A stretch of 64,000 nucleotides of DNA from Clostridia bacterium (GTDB taxonomy: Bacteria > Bacillota > Clostridia > Christensenellales > UBA1242): the NCBI GenBank assembly GCA_045594425.1, contig JAZNYK010000006.1, positions 138,619 through 202,618 on the forward strand, in the 5' to 3' direction. Positions 25,840-36,252 of this stretch are shown piece after piece; positions within the stretch are counted from its first letter, which is position 1, and each line of letters opens with the position of its first letter. A program made the position numbers and the translations under genes. A model generated the notes under the pieces. That model ran no database searches. It saw only the letters and a list, made by a program, of their open reading frames with translations, and was not told the DNA's origin.

Positions 25840-26682
25840 TTACTTAACCTCCTTTTTAAATAAATTGCAAGTGTCTTCATGCGCTTTTCTTTCGAAATCA
25901 CGATACATTCCACTTCTCCAAATGGCTTCATCAAAATCAACTTTGTAACCATCAAAATCAGGTCCATCAACGCAAGCAAATTTTGTTTGGCCATCAACAG
26001 TGAGTCTGCAACCACCACACATACCAGTGCCATCAATCATGATTGGGTTCATTGAAACTGTGCAAGGCACATTGTATTTTTTTGCTGTTTCAACAACAAA
26101 CTTCATCATAATGAGTGGACCAATTGCAATAATTCTGTCAAACTTTTTGCCAGATGCAAGCATTCTTTCAAGTGGAACGCAAACGTTTCCTTGTTCACCA
26201 TAAGAACCGTCATCTGTCATGAGAACAAATTCATTTGATGCTTTTTTGAAATTTTCTTCCAAAATAACCAAATCTTTGTTTCTGAAACCAATGATGCTTG
26301 TTACATTTGCTTTTTGCGCAAAAAGTTTTTCAGCAATTGGAAGTGCAATTGCACAACCAACACCACCACCAACCACACAAACATTTTTAAGTCCTTCGGT
26401 TTCTGTTGCAACACCAAGTGGGCCAACAAAATCTTGAATAAACTCACCAGCATTTTTGTGACCTAACTTTTCAGTTGTTGCACCAACAATTTGGAAAATA
26501 ATTTTAACTAAACCTTTTTTTCTGTCAAACCCAGCAACTGTTAGTGGAATTCTTTCACCATCATCGTCAACACGCAAAATGATAAACTGACCTGCTTCTG
26601 CTTTTTTTGCAACAAGTGGTGCTTCAATGTCCATTTCACAGACTGTTGGATTAAGATATTTTTTGTTAACAATCTTAAACAT
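25840..26682 (-). CDS. nfnA: Ferredoxin-NADP+ reductase-like subunit (NfnA / sulfide dehydrogenase-type)
   Basis: The start is at MFKIVNKK, after AGGAG. It has FAD/NAD-binding domains and a C-terminal CGGC...C cluster, and ends 3 nt upstream of the NfnB-like gene. Confidence 0.65.
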   Translation of the reverse strand: MFKIVNKKYLNPTVCEMDIEAPLVAKKAEAGQFIILRVDDDGERIPLTVAGFDRKKGLVKIIFQIVGATTEKLGHKNAGEFIQDFVGPLGVATETEGLKNVCVVGGGVGCAIALPIAEKLFAQKANVTSIIGFRNKDLVILEENFKKASNEFVLMTDDGSYGEQGNVCVPLERMLASGKKFDRIIAIGPLIMMKFVVETAKKYNVPCTVSMNPIMIDGTGMCGGCRLTVDGQTKFACVDGPDFDGYKVDFDEAIWRSGMYRDFERKAHEDTCNLFKKEVK

Positions 26683-26820
26683 ACAAAACTCCTTTTTTTC
26701 TTCTATTTTCAATATATCACAACAAAATTTTCTTTCAAAATAAAATTATAATAATTTTAAATTTTTGCAGTAAGTAGACATATTATTTTCATTGTGCTAA
26801 AATCATTTTAGGTATAATCT

Positions 26821-27390
26821 ATGAAAATTATAATCTTAACTGGAAAAAGTGGCTCAGGTAAATCTTATGCAGCAGAAGAACTTTCTGTTCTTTTGAATGC
26901 GAAACATTTGCCACTCGACAAAATTTCGCATCAAGCACTAACTACAGATGAACTTAAAAAGTTTGTAAAAAAAGAATTCGGAACTGAGGTTTTTAATGAA
27001 GATGGCTCTGTTAATCGAAAAAAAATTGGAGCCATTGCTTTTTCTAATCCAAAAAAATTGGATAAGTTAAATAAAGTTTCTGAAATGATTATGGAACAAA
27101 TTATCGATTACGAAATTCAAACCTGCAAACAACCATACGTTATTTTAGATTATATGCTTCTTCCAAAAATGAAATACTTTAAACTTCCTAGCATAAAAAT
27201 ATTGCTCACCTGTGACCCTGAAACTCGAAAAAAACGTGTTATTGCCCGTGATAATATTTTAGAAGATTACTTTTATGCAAGAGAACAACATGCCCTTGAG
27301 TTTGAGCCATCAGACTATGACTTTGTGATAAATTCAACAAACCCAATCAACTATGAAAACCTATCAATTTTAATTCAGGAGAACTTTTAA
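26821..27390 (+). CDS. coaE: Dephospho-CoA kinase-like P-loop kinase
   Basis: 189 aa with a P-loop (GKSGSGKS). IGAIAFSNPKKLDKLN and RVIARD resemble CoaE. Confidence 0.5.
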   Translation: MKIIILTGKSGSGKSYAAEELSVLLNAKHLPLDKISHQALTTDELKKFVKKEFGTEVFNEDGSVNRKKIGAIAFSNPKKLDKLNKVSEMIMEQIIDYEIQTCKQPYVILDYMLLPKMKYFKLPSIKILLTCDPETRKKRVIARDNILEDYFYAREQHALEFEPSDYDFVINSTNPINYENLSILIQENF

Positions 27391-27391
27391 T

Positions 27392-28126
27392 ATGATTAGA
27401 AAAACTGCAATCATAACAGGCGGTTTTGGTGATATTGGCAAAGCAACAGCCGAAAAGTTTGCACAAAACGGATACAATGTTGCACTAACCTACTTAAACA
27501 CCTTTGACGCCGAATTTGTAAGCCACTTAAAAACTTATAACATAGAAGTTTTGGCAATGCATTGTGACCAAGCAAGCGAAAGTGAAATTATCAACTTTGT
27601 AAATTCAACCTTCAAAGAATTTAAATGCGTTGATGTTCTTGTAACCTGTGCGGGAAAAGCCGAAGAACCAACCATGCTTATAGACAAAACAGCCGAACAT
27701 ATCGACCAAATCATAAACGCGAACTTAAGAGGCACAATTTTGTTTAATAAAGAAGTTTTAAAACACTTTTTAGAACAAAAAAATGGTTCTATTGTCAACA
27801 TTTCATCAATCTATGGAAACACCGGTGGAAGTCTTGAATCTGTTTATTCTGCTTGCAAAGCAGGCATTATTGGGCTAACAAAATCACTTGCTGTTGAATA
27901 CGCCCCATTTATTAGAATAAATGCAGTTGCTCCTGGTTGCATTGAAACAAAAATGACCAGCAACCTTTCAAAAGTAGACAAAGCCTGTGTTATTGATTCA
28001 ACACCACTTGAAAGACTTGGAACTCCAGAAGATGTTGCAAACGCCATATACTTTCTTGCAAGCGCTGAAAGTTCATACATCACTGGCGAAGTTTTGCAAG
28101 TGTCTGGCGGAGTTGTTAGATATTAA
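27392..28126 (+). CDS. SDR family oxidoreductase
   Basis: 244 aa with TGGFGDIG and YSACK motifs. Confidence 0.75.
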   Translation: MIRKTAIITGGFGDIGKATAEKFAQNGYNVALTYLNTFDAEFVSHLKTYNIEVLAMHCDQASESEIINFVNSTFKEFKCVDVLVTCAGKAEEPTMLIDKTAEHIDQIINANLRGTILFNKEVLKHFLEQKNGSIVNISSIYGNTGGSLESVYSACKAGIIGLTKSLAVEYAPFIRINAVAPGCIETKMTSNLSKVDKACVIDSTPLERLGTPEDVANAIYFLASAESSYITGEVLQVSGGVVRY

Positions 28127-28150
28127 TAAAATAAAAAAAGCAATAAAAAA

Positions 28151-28177
28151 AGATAGCAGAAATCTGCTATCTTTTTT
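28151..28177. terminator. Bidirectional terminator
   Basis: AGATAGCAG-aaat-CTGCTATCT, flanked by A and T runs, between convergent genes. Confidence 0.7.
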
Positions 28178-28179
28178 GT

Positions 28180-30399
28180 TTATACTCTTACATAATTGCC
28201 ACGAATTTGTTGAGGATATAATGATGCACTTGTAAGTGATAACACTTCAAGTTGTTCATCTTCTTCAACTCCTGAAACAGAAGTATAAACTTCCCCATCA
28301 ATCATAAATCTCAAGATGCTGTTAACATAAGTGATTGTTCCTTCCTTTATTCCTGAAACAATGCTTCCATCTGTTGTTTTTACATAATAATATGTGAAAA
28401 CAAATTTCAAAATACCATAGTCATTTGTGATAATCATTGTGCTATTTGGTGTTACGTCATCTGTTGTAACTGTGTCAAGAGCGTAAGTTCCAAGATAATA
28501 AGGAATATCCCATTTGGTAAATGTTTTATAAGTTGAAGAATCACCAGCAACAAAATCAACGGTTGTGCTGTCTGCTGTTTCAGTAAAGTTTAAAACATAA
28601 GTGCTTCCATTTAAAATAACTTTATAAACACCGTCTTGTTTGATTGCCTTGCCCAAAATTTGAGTATCACCAATTCTTGCATCAACAACAAGTTCAACCA
28701 AGTTTCCTGTGTCATTCTTTTTAACTTCAAAATAACTTTCAACTTCAGATGGAATAACAGAAACTGTTTTCCAAGCAAACACTCTTTCTTCATCATGTGC
28801 AAGAATTGGAGCATCATCATTATCAATCAAAAGTGTTGACACTGCAATTGATTCAGCGTAGTTCGCATTTTCTTTATATCTTGTTACAACAACATATCTT
28901 CCAGCAACGCTTGGCGCACCACCATCTGTGCTAGCACCTTGCGCTGATGTTGTTTTTGTGTTTGTTGTAGCATCTGTATAACTTGTGTAATAATCAAATT
29001 TAACCATGTTTTGTTTTGGAAGGTCTGCGCCATTAACACCAACAACTGAAACATAATCAAGTGGAACATTAACCTCTCTGCCAGCAACTACAGAATAACA
29101 ATAGTTTGTGCTAACTTCTGCACTTGCTTTTTGAATATTAACTGAAATTGTTCCAACAGCGTCATTGTGGTTTTCATCACCAACAACATAATAATAAACC
29201 ACGTGATTACCAGCATTTGTAAATCCAATTTCTGTTGTTGAACCTGATGTATAATTAGTTTTTGTTAACTCTGTTGTAGAATAGTAAATTGATGTGTTTT
29301 GAATAACAACATTTGCTTTATGAGCAAATCCATCAAATACACCTGAATAATTGTTCTTTTGAATAACAAGTTCTGCTTTGTTAATCACAAATGGAACTGT
29401 GATTGCAGCGCTGTTAGAAATGCTCCATTTGTAGTTTGCAGAATCTTTAAGTGTGACTGTTATATTGTGATTTCCAGCAAGTGTGTAAACATTGTTAGAA
29501 ACTGTATAAAGTGAAGAATCCGCTGTTTGTTTTAAATTTCCAGTGATTGAAACTCCACTATAAACATAGGTTCCATCAATTTCTGGGGTTTCAACTGAAA
29601 TTTTTGAAACAGCAATGTTTGCTCTGCAAGTTTTTCCACCATAAGAAAGTGTTACATAAGTGTCAGACGCTCTTAATGAATTTGATGTATTGTAGGCAAC
29701 TTCATAACCTTCTGTAATATCAACAACTTTTCCCGCGTTATAAGTTGCAGTTAAAACCAAACCATTTGCATCAAACAACTCAAATGCTGTATAACTTGTT
29801 TTTGTTTGAGGAGTTTTGATTGAAATTGATGTAAGTGTTTGAGCAACTGCAGTAACTTTTATTTTTCCTGTAACTTGTTTATATGTTTCAGTGTCTGTTG
29901 GTGTGAATTTCCAAGTAAATTCTTTTTCACCAACTTCAAGCATGGTGTCTGGCTCAAGCCATTCAAGAGTGCCTTCTGTGTTTCCTTCTGCAAGAACAAT
30001 TGAAACCGTTGAAAGTTTTGTTTCAGCATAAGCCATTCCAGAAACCGAAACATTTATTGTTGGATCTTCTTTTGGTTCAACGGCAACAATTTTATAATTT
30101 CCAGTTAAAGAAGAAAAAGTTGCGGTGTCTGTTGGTGTGAAAGACCAACTGCATTCATTATCTCCCACCACAAGTTCTGTGTCTGGACTAGCCCAAGCAA
30201 TGCTTCCTGCGGTGTCACCTTCTGTGAGTTTTATTTCAATATCAGAAAGTTTTTCACCTGCATAAAACTCTCTTTGTTCAACCTTAACGTTAACTGTTGG
30301 TGTTTGTGGGTCATTCTTGCCTTTTTTGCAAGCAGAAAGCGACACTATCGAAACAGCCACTAGCAAACTTAAAAATAAACCTTTTAACTTGTTTTTCAT
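28180..30399 (-). CDS. Large surface lipoprotein with Ig-like repeats
   Basis: The start is at MKNKLKGLF (ATG 30399). It has a lipobox (VSLSAC). Two ~72-aa repeats occur (...GSIAWASPDTELVVGD... and ...GTLEWLEPDTMLEVGE...), followed by Big_3-like segments. Confidence 0.7.
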   Translation of the reverse strand: MKNKLKGLFLSLLVAVSIVSLSACKKGKNDPQTPTVNVKVEQREFYAGEKLSDIEIKLTEGDTAGSIAWASPDTELVVGDNECSWSFTPTDTATFSSLTGNYKIVAVEPKEDPTINVSVSGMAYAETKLSTVSIVLAEGNTEGTLEWLEPDTMLEVGEKEFTWKFTPTDTETYKQVTGKIKVTAVAQTLTSISIKTPQTKTSYTAFELFDANGLVLTATYNAGKVVDITEGYEVAYNTSNSLRASDTYVTLSYGGKTCRANIAVSKISVETPEIDGTYVYSGVSITGNLKQTADSSLYTVSNNVYTLAGNHNITVTLKDSANYKWSISNSAAITVPFVINKAELVIQKNNYSGVFDGFAHKANVVIQNTSIYYSTTELTKTNYTSGSTTEIGFTNAGNHVVYYYVVGDENHNDAVGTISVNIQKASAEVSTNYCYSVVAGREVNVPLDYVSVVGVNGADLPKQNMVKFDYYTSYTDATTNTKTTSAQGASTDGGAPSVAGRYVVVTRYKENANYAESIAVSTLLIDNDDAPILAHDEERVFAWKTVSVIPSEVESYFEVKKNDTGNLVELVVDARIGDTQILGKAIKQDGVYKVILNGSTYVLNFTETADSTTVDFVAGDSSTYKTFTKWDIPYYLGTYALDTVTTDDVTPNSTMIITNDYGILKFVFTYYYVKTTDGSIVSGIKEGTITYVNSILRFMIDGEVYTSVSGVEEDEQLEVLSLTSASLYPQQIRGNYVRV

Positions 30400-30831
30400 A
30401 AATTTCACCTTTCGTATAATAATAAATTTATTATAAAAAAAATAGATAAAAAGAGCAAACAAACTAGAATAATATTCCAAAATAAAAAATAATTTTTTAA
30501 AAATAGGTTGAAAAATAAAATTATTTGTGTTACTTTAAATCTGTAAAGGAGAAAACTAATGAGATTTTTAATGCCTATTATGCAATATCTCTGTGATTCA
30601 TCTGTCGAATTTGATAGATGTCATTTTTGCGTGGGCAATAAAGATTTTAAGGTTTCTAAAAGATAGGATTATAGTTTTTTATAACAAAAAAACACTAAAA
30701 CTAAACAGAGAAATATTAAAAGCACTGCTCACACCAAAAGCAGTGCTTTTTTGTTTACTGAACAAACACAAAAACTTATAATAAAAACAATATTACTTTA
30801 TTTTTTATTAAACACATTAAGGAGAAAAACC

Positions 30832-31818
30832 ATGAAAGTTATTGAAGTATCAAATTTAAGAAAAACATTTAAAACAAAAAAGAAAGTTTCTGGATTCAAA
30901 AACAAACTGAAAACACTTTTTAAAAAACGTGAATATACAATCAAAAACGCAGTTGACAACATAAGTTTTTCCGTTGAAGAGGGTGAAGCCCTTGCATTCA
31001 TCGGACCAAACGGAGCCGGAAAATCTACAACCATAAAGATGTTAACTGGTATTTTGTATCCAGATGACGGTGACATTAAAGTTATGGGACTTGTGCCAAA
31101 CAAACAACGCACAAAACTCTCATACGAAATAGGTTCGGTGTTTGGACAAAAAGAACAACTTTGGATTCACCTTTCAGCCTACGACAACTTTTTGTTTTTT
31201 GGAAAGATTTATGACATTCCAAAAGCCAAGTTAATTGAAAGAATTGATAGTCTTGCCAAACTTTTTGAAATTACCGATTTTATTCACCAACCAGTAAAAA
31301 GCATGAGTTTGGGTCAAAGAATGAAGTGTGAAATGGTTGCAAGTTTGCTTCATGAACCAAAAATGTTATTCTTTGACGAACCAACCATCGGACTTGACCC
31401 TATTGCAAAAGAAACCTTAAGAAATTTAATCAAAAAAATTAACAAAGAACTAAAAACAACAATTTTCTTCACATCACATGACGTTGGTGATATTGAAGAG
31501 GTTTGCAAACGAGTTATCATTATAAATGACGGAAAAATTGTGCTTGATGACTCAATGAAAAACTTAAAATATCACCATTTAAACAAGAAAATTGTTGAAG
31601 TTAATTTAAAAAATAACGTAAAAATCACAGAAAAAGATGGCATTAAAGTTTTAAAAGGCAAAGACACCCTTTACAAAATTGAAGTTGACATGAACAAAAC
31701 AAGCATGGATGAACTTTTAGGTTTGTTCAAAGCAGACGACATTCAAGATATCACCATTTCAAGCACCCCACTTGAAGATATTATTAAAGATATTTACAGA
31801 GGAAAAGACAATGACTAA
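30832..31818 (+). CDS. ABC transporter ATP-binding protein
   Basis: The start is at MKVIEVSNL, after AAGGAG. It has Walker A GPNGAGKST, signature MSLGQRMK and Walker B LFFDEPT. Confidence 0.85.
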   Translation: MKVIEVSNLRKTFKTKKKVSGFKNKLKTLFKKREYTIKNAVDNISFSVEEGEALAFIGPNGAGKSTTIKMLTGILYPDDGDIKVMGLVPNKQRTKLSYEIGSVFGQKEQLWIHLSAYDNFLFFGKIYDIPKAKLIERIDSLAKLFEITDFIHQPVKSMSLGQRMKCEMVASLLHEPKMLFFDEPTIGLDPIAKETLRNLIKKINKELKTTIFFTSHDVGDIEEVCKRVIIINDGKIVLDDSMKNLKYHHLNKKIVEVNLKNNVKITEKDGIKVLKGKDTLYKIEVDMNKTSMDELLGLFKADDIQDITISSTPLEDIIKDIYRGKDND

Positions 31819-32608
31819 ATACTTAACCGTATTTAAAACCAGTTTCAAACAAGAAAGCAAAACCCTGACAAACACTCTTGTTTCAGTGGTATCTTTCTTT
31901 GTGATTATCTTTATTTTTAATGAATTGTGGGGTTACATTTATGGCGGAAGTGGCATTGCCAGTGCCATAAACGGCTATTCTTTAAAAATGATGATATGGT
32001 ATATGATTGCCGCAGAAATTTTGATGTATGCATTCAATGCAAGAACGGTAACAAAAAGTTTTTCAAATGACATAAAGTCAGGAAAAATTGCCTATGGCTT
32101 AAACAAACCATACAACTATTTTGGTTATCAACTAGCAAACAACACTGGTGCTTTTTGTTGGAAACTTTTATTTTTGATTCCTGCAGCAGTGATTATTGGA
32201 ACCATTCTTTTGGGACCAATCCATAACTTTAGCATTGCATACATTATTCCAATTATCTTCTCATTATTTGCCGCAACCTTTTTAAGTTCTCTCATGTATG
32301 GCATTATTGGACTTTTTGCATTTTGGATTGAAGAAGCAACACCTTTTGCATGGATACTACAAAAATTCAATATGTTGTTTGGATTGTTTTTTCCACCAGA
32401 ATTCTTCCCTACATGGCTCCAACCAATAATCACCTACAGCCCAATTTATGCAACTGTTGCTGGTCCAAGCAAACTTCTTGCAAACTTTTCTTGGGAGCTT
32501 TTTGCAAGGGTCACATTAACTCAAGGCATATATCTTGTTTTGTTTATGGCGATTGGTCTTATTATTTTTAAATTTGGAACAAGGAAGGTATCTAACAATG
32601 GCGGTTAA
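31811..32608 (+). CDS. ABC-2 family transporter permease
   Basis: The start is at MTKYLTVF and overlaps the ATPase stop. The protein is polytopic and hydrophobic. Confidence 0.65.
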   Translation: MTKYLTVFKTSFKQESKTLTNTLVSVVSFFVIIFIFNELWGYIYGGSGIASAINGYSLKMMIWYMIAAEILMYAFNARTVTKSFSNDIKSGKIAYGLNKPYNYFGYQLANNTGAFCWKLLFLIPAAVIIGTILLGPIHNFSIAYIIPIIFSLFAATFLSSLMYGIIGLFAFWIEEATPFAWILQKFNMLFGLFFPPEFFPTWLQPIITYSPIYATVAGPSKLLANFSWELFARVTLTQGIYLVLFMAIGLIIFKFGTRKVSNNGG

Positions 32609-33389
32609 AAATAATATAAAACTAATATTTTCTTACTTTTGGCTTAACCTTAAAAAAGAATGGCAATACAAGCAATCGTTTTTTATGCAAATTTTCATGA
32701 TGATTATAAACGACTTATTCTTTATTATTCAATGGCTTGTTATTTTTGAAATTGTTGATAATATTGGTGGCTATGGATTTAAAGAACTTATGCTTTTGTG
32801 GGCTGTTGCTGCCGGCGGTTATGGTGTTTCCCATGTATTTTTTGGTGGGGCTTGGAATATTAAAGATATGATTTATGATGGAAAACTTGACGTATTTTTA
32901 ACACAACCTAAAAACGTTTTAATTAATGTTAGTTGCTCATCAACATCAATTGCAGCAATCGGTGATATTTTGTATGCGTTTGTTGCCCTTGCAATTGCTG
33001 GTGCAACATGGTGGTGGTATTTGTTAATTATTCCAATTTCTATTTTAGTGGGGCTTATTTATGTTGCTGTTTATGTTTGCTATGTATCACTCGCCTTTTA
33101 TATCAAGCGTGGTGATGCTGTTGCACAGTCAGTTGAAGGAACCATCAATAAAGTTGGAACCTATCCACCACAAATTTTCAGCAATGTTGTAAAATGGCTT
33201 TTCATGACAATTATTCCAGCATTTTTCTATACATTTTTGCCAGTTCAATTCATTATGCTCACACCAAACTTTGGTTGGATATTAATTATGGTTGGTGTAA
33301 CAATTCTTTGGATTGCTCTTGCATTTATATTGTTTAACACTGGTTTAAAAAAATATAACTCTGGTTCCCTTATGGGTGGAAGACTTTAA
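32598..33389 (+). CDS. ABC-2 family transporter permease
   Basis: The start is at MAVKNNIKL and overlaps the upstream stop. The protein is polytopic and hydrophobic. Confidence 0.65.
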   Translation: MAVKNNIKLIFSYFWLNLKKEWQYKQSFFMQIFMMIINDLFFIIQWLVIFEIVDNIGGYGFKELMLLWAVAAGGYGVSHVFFGGAWNIKDMIYDGKLDVFLTQPKNVLINVSCSSTSIAAIGDILYAFVALAIAGATWWWYLLIIPISILVGLIYVAVYVCYVSLAFYIKRGDAVAQSVEGTINKVGTYPPQIFSNVVKWLFMTIIPAFFYTFLPVQFIMLTPNFGWILIMVGVTILWIALAFILFNTGLKKYNSGSLMGGRL

Positions 33390-33403
33390 AAAGGAGTAAT
33401 CTT

Positions 33404-33910
33404 ATGAATGTTTTTATTAGATACGCAAAACCAAGTGAAGCAATGACAACTCAAATCATAAAACACAAAAGTTGGCATTCAGCATATTCTGAAATCTTTA
33501 CAAAATCCGAAATCGATAATCATTTTGAGAGCAAACGAATGGATGGAACCTTCATTAAACGTGTTAAAAAAGTGATTATGAACAAAGACATATTTGTTGC
33601 TGACGAAAACGGTGTTCCCGTTGCCATGATGAAACTTGGAAAAATCAAGCCAAATGCGGAGCATTTAGAAATTGAAGCAATTTACGCACTTCCATCACAC
33701 CAAAGACTGGGCATTGGAAAACTTTTATTTGAACACACAAAATCAATTGCTCTTAAAAACAATATTCACAAAATTAAACTTTTTGCACTTAAACTCAACA
33801 AAATCGGATGTTCGTTCTATCAAAAGAATGGTGGAAAAATAGTTGGCGAAATCAAAAAAACATTCTGCGGAAAAGAAGTTGAACTTGTTGAGTTTGAGTT
33901 CAAGTTTTAA
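33404..33910 (+). CDS. GNAT family N-acetyltransferase
   Basis: 168 aa with an HQRLGIGKLLF motif. Confidence 0.7.
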   Translation: MNVFIRYAKPSEAMTTQIIKHKSWHSAYSEIFTKSEIDNHFESKRMDGTFIKRVKKVIMNKDIFVADENGVPVAMMKLGKIKPNAEHLEIEAIYALPSHQRLGIGKLLFEHTKSIALKNNIHKIKLFALKLNKIGCSFYQKNGGKIVGEIKKTFCGKEVELVEFEFKF

Positions 33911-33919
33911 GGAGGCTTT

Positions 33920-34471
33920 ATGAAATTTTTACTACTTTTTGGCGACAGTGCTGTAGGAAAAATGACTGTCGGTCAAGAACTTACAAAAATAACAGGTTTT
34001 AAACTATTTCATAATCATATGTCAATTGAGCCTGTTATTGAAATTTTTGGGCATTACAATAGACAAGTTGTTGCAGACTTTAGAAATAGTGTATTTGAAA
34101 ATTTTGCAAAAACAGATAACTATGGTTTGATATTCACCTACATTTGGGGCTTTGACCATCCATCTGATTGGGAGTTTGTTGAAAAAGTTACAAACATTTT
34201 TAAATCTCAAGGTGCAGAATGTTATTATGTTGAACTTGTTGCTGACCAAAAAACAAGACTAGAACGCAACAAAACAGAAAACAGACTTAATCACAAACCA
34301 TCAAAAAGAGATATTGAAGCATCTAACAACAGACTTATTAATGATGACAAAAATCATAGACTTGTGAGCAACGATGGTGAGGTGCCTTATGAAAACTATG
34401 TCAAAATTGACAACACCAACCTTTCACCTGAAGAAACAGCCCGAATAATAAAAGAAAAATTTAATTTTTAA
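33920..34471 (+). CDS. P-loop kinase/ATPase-like protein
   Basis: 183 aa with an N-terminal GDSAVGKMTVG P-loop. Its specificity is unknown. Confidence 0.45.
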   Translation: MKFLLLFGDSAVGKMTVGQELTKITGFKLFHNHMSIEPVIEIFGHYNRQVVADFRNSVFENFAKTDNYGLIFTYIWGFDHPSDWEFVEKVTNIFKSQGAECYYVELVADQKTRLERNKTENRLNHKPSKRDIEASNNRLINDDKNHRLVSNDGEVPYENYVKIDNTNLSPEETARIIKEKFNF

Positions 34472-34483
34472 GGAAATACTCTT

Positions 34484-35017
34484 ATGATTAACACAGACAG
34501 ACTATACATCCGAATCCCCACACCTGAAGACGAGCAGATTGTAATGGAACTTCGCAAAGAATTTTTAGAAATTGAAGACCGTATCCCAGGCGCTGGAAGT
34601 TTGGAAAAAATTGAAAACTATAGCGAATGGCTTGAAAAAGTTATCAAAGACTTAAAACCTGAAACAGTGCCAGAAGGCAGAGTTCCGTCTACTCAATATT
34701 TAACATTCAGAAAGACAGATGACAGACTTGTTGGCATGATTCAACTTCGAAACGAACTTAACGACTATTTATTAAAATTTGGCGGACATATTGGTGACTG
34801 CATAAGACCAACCGAACGCAACAAAGGTTATGCAACTGAACAAATTGCAATTGTTTTAAAAGAATGTGAAAAACTTAAAATAAACAAAGTTTTAATCACC
34901 TGCAAAGACTGGAATCTTGCTTCTGCCAAAACAATAATCAAAAACGGCGGCGTTCTTGAAAACGAAATTGCCGATGAAAACGGCGTTATGGTAAAGCGTT
35001 TTTGGATAACTTTATAA
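34484..35017 (+). CDS. GNAT family N-acetyltransferase
   Basis: 177 aa with an RNKGYATEQI motif and an RimJ/L-like layout. Confidence 0.65.
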   Translation: MINTDRLYIRIPTPEDEQIVMELRKEFLEIEDRIPGAGSLEKIENYSEWLEKVIKDLKPETVPEGRVPSTQYLTFRKTDDRLVGMIQLRNELNDYLLKFGGHIGDCIRPTERNKGYATEQIAIVLKECEKLKINKVLITCKDWNLASAKTIIKNGGVLENEIADENGVMVKRFWITL

Positions 35018-35119
35018 ACAATTTATATAAAAGCACCAAATTTTGGTGTTTTTATTTTTTGGTGTTGACTATCAAAATTTTTTGGACTATAATGGCAAAC
35101 AATACAAAAGAGAGGACAT

Positions 35120-35707
35120 ATGGAAAAGTCTGTAAAAAATGTTTATGAAATCTCTTGCAACTGGTTTGCCAACAATGCAGACAGCAAGGGCAAAAAAGAA
35201 AGTTCTTGGAATGGTCAAGTGTTGACCTATGATGACAACGGCTTAATTGGCGTTGCAACCGACAGCGGTTCAATCAGCCCAACACACATTTTGGTTGGTG
35301 TGCTTGTTGATGGCGAAGGGCTTTCAATTGTCAAAATAAACAAAAACAACCCAGACTACGACCCAATTTATTTTGATGCTTTCAAAAACATCAATGGGGC
35401 AAAAAATGCAATGTATGGCGATTTTTCAACCACAACATTTGGTGGCATTATTCCTCTTGGACACGCTTCTTTTGATATAAAGAAAAAACAAATGACCAAT
35501 GAACAAATTTCAAATTTAATTTTTGAATTTAACAATAACGCATTGTCAGTTCAAAACACAATTGGTCTTTCAAATATAATTTTGCAAGAAACATTAAATC
35601 AAAACAACCTTGACATCACTCAAAAAATTCAACTTTTAAGTCAAGTGTTATCTTTCGACCCACTTCCAGACGTCTTGCAAAATCCAACTACTCCACAAAA
35701 CGCTTAA
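35120..35707 (+). CDS. Hypothetical protein
   Basis: 195 aa. I recognise no motif. A hairpin terminator follows. Confidence 0.5.
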   Translation: MEKSVKNVYEISCNWFANNADSKGKKESSWNGQVLTYDDNGLIGVATDSGSISPTHILVGVLVDGEGLSIVKINKNNPDYDPIYFDAFKNINGAKNAMYGDFSTTTFGGIIPLGHASFDIKKKQMTNEQISNLIFEFNNNALSVQNTIGLSNIILQETLNQNNLDITQKIQLLSQVLSFDPLPDVLQNPTTPQNA

Positions 35708-36000
35708 CAGGAACAATCATATTCCTGTTTTTTTATTACAGAAAAAAGATGTTTTAGCCTTGTCAAGAGAACATCTTTTTATTTTGAACAAATTTAAAGA
35801 CAAATATTTTATAATTTGAATCTTTTTCAATCAAACAACTTATAACCACTTTACACATGGTTTTTTAATGATAAAATGGTTAGCAACTAGATAATTGTTA
35901 CAAAATTATGCCCTATGCACAAACAAAAAAAATTGTTGAATTTTTACTTGACACAATTTGTAAGTTTTGAAAATTTCGACATATTGAAGCATTTGTGTGT

Positions 36001-36020
36001 TTGACCAAATTTGACCAAAT
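36001..36020. repeat. Perfect tandem duplication TTGACCAAAT x2
   Basis: Read directly from the sequence, in the long nrdD upstream region. Confidence 0.8.
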
Positions 36021-36124
36021 TGTTAATAAGTCCGCAAGTGCTTAATTTATCAAAGGTTCACGATTTTTTTAAAAATGTATGCCTTTTTTTGAAAATATTT
36101 TATTTTTGTATAAAATGAACAAAA

Positions 36125-36172
36125 ACACAACAACTTGTTGTGGTTGGTTTGCTAAAAACACAATATATTGTA
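36125..36172 (+). promoter_or_regulatory. Two NrdR-box-like palindromes upstream of nrdD
   Basis: The boxes are ACACAACAACTTGTTGTG (36125-36142) and ACACAATATATTGT (36158-36171). Their centres are about 31 bp apart, just downstream of a TTGAAA...TAAAAT promoter-like element. Confidence 0.65.
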
Positions 36173-36252
36173 TTATGGTAATCGAAATCGTTACAATTCT
36201 TTTGTATGATTATTAAAACAAAACAAACGATACACAAAAGGAGAAAGGTCAC

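Noticed and set aside
24561-26437. Several 65-116-aa ORFs antisense to or overlapping the nfnAB-like genes. Similar cases are 19056-19370 in pncC and 23560-23862 in the SDR gene.
   Set aside because: They lie opposite strongly motif-supported genes and have no SD. These are typical shadow ORFs of relatively GC-richer coding regions.
30400-30831. N-terminal extensions of the lipoprotein ORF (to 30480) and of the ABC ATPase ORF (from 30751). Similar extensions occur at 38342-38440 (nrdG) and 38976-39065 (ttcA-like).
   Set aside because: In each case an internal ATG with a good GGAG-type SD begins the recognisable protein (signal peptide, conserved N-terminus). The extension lies in intergenic or terminator sequence, or overlaps the preceding gene.
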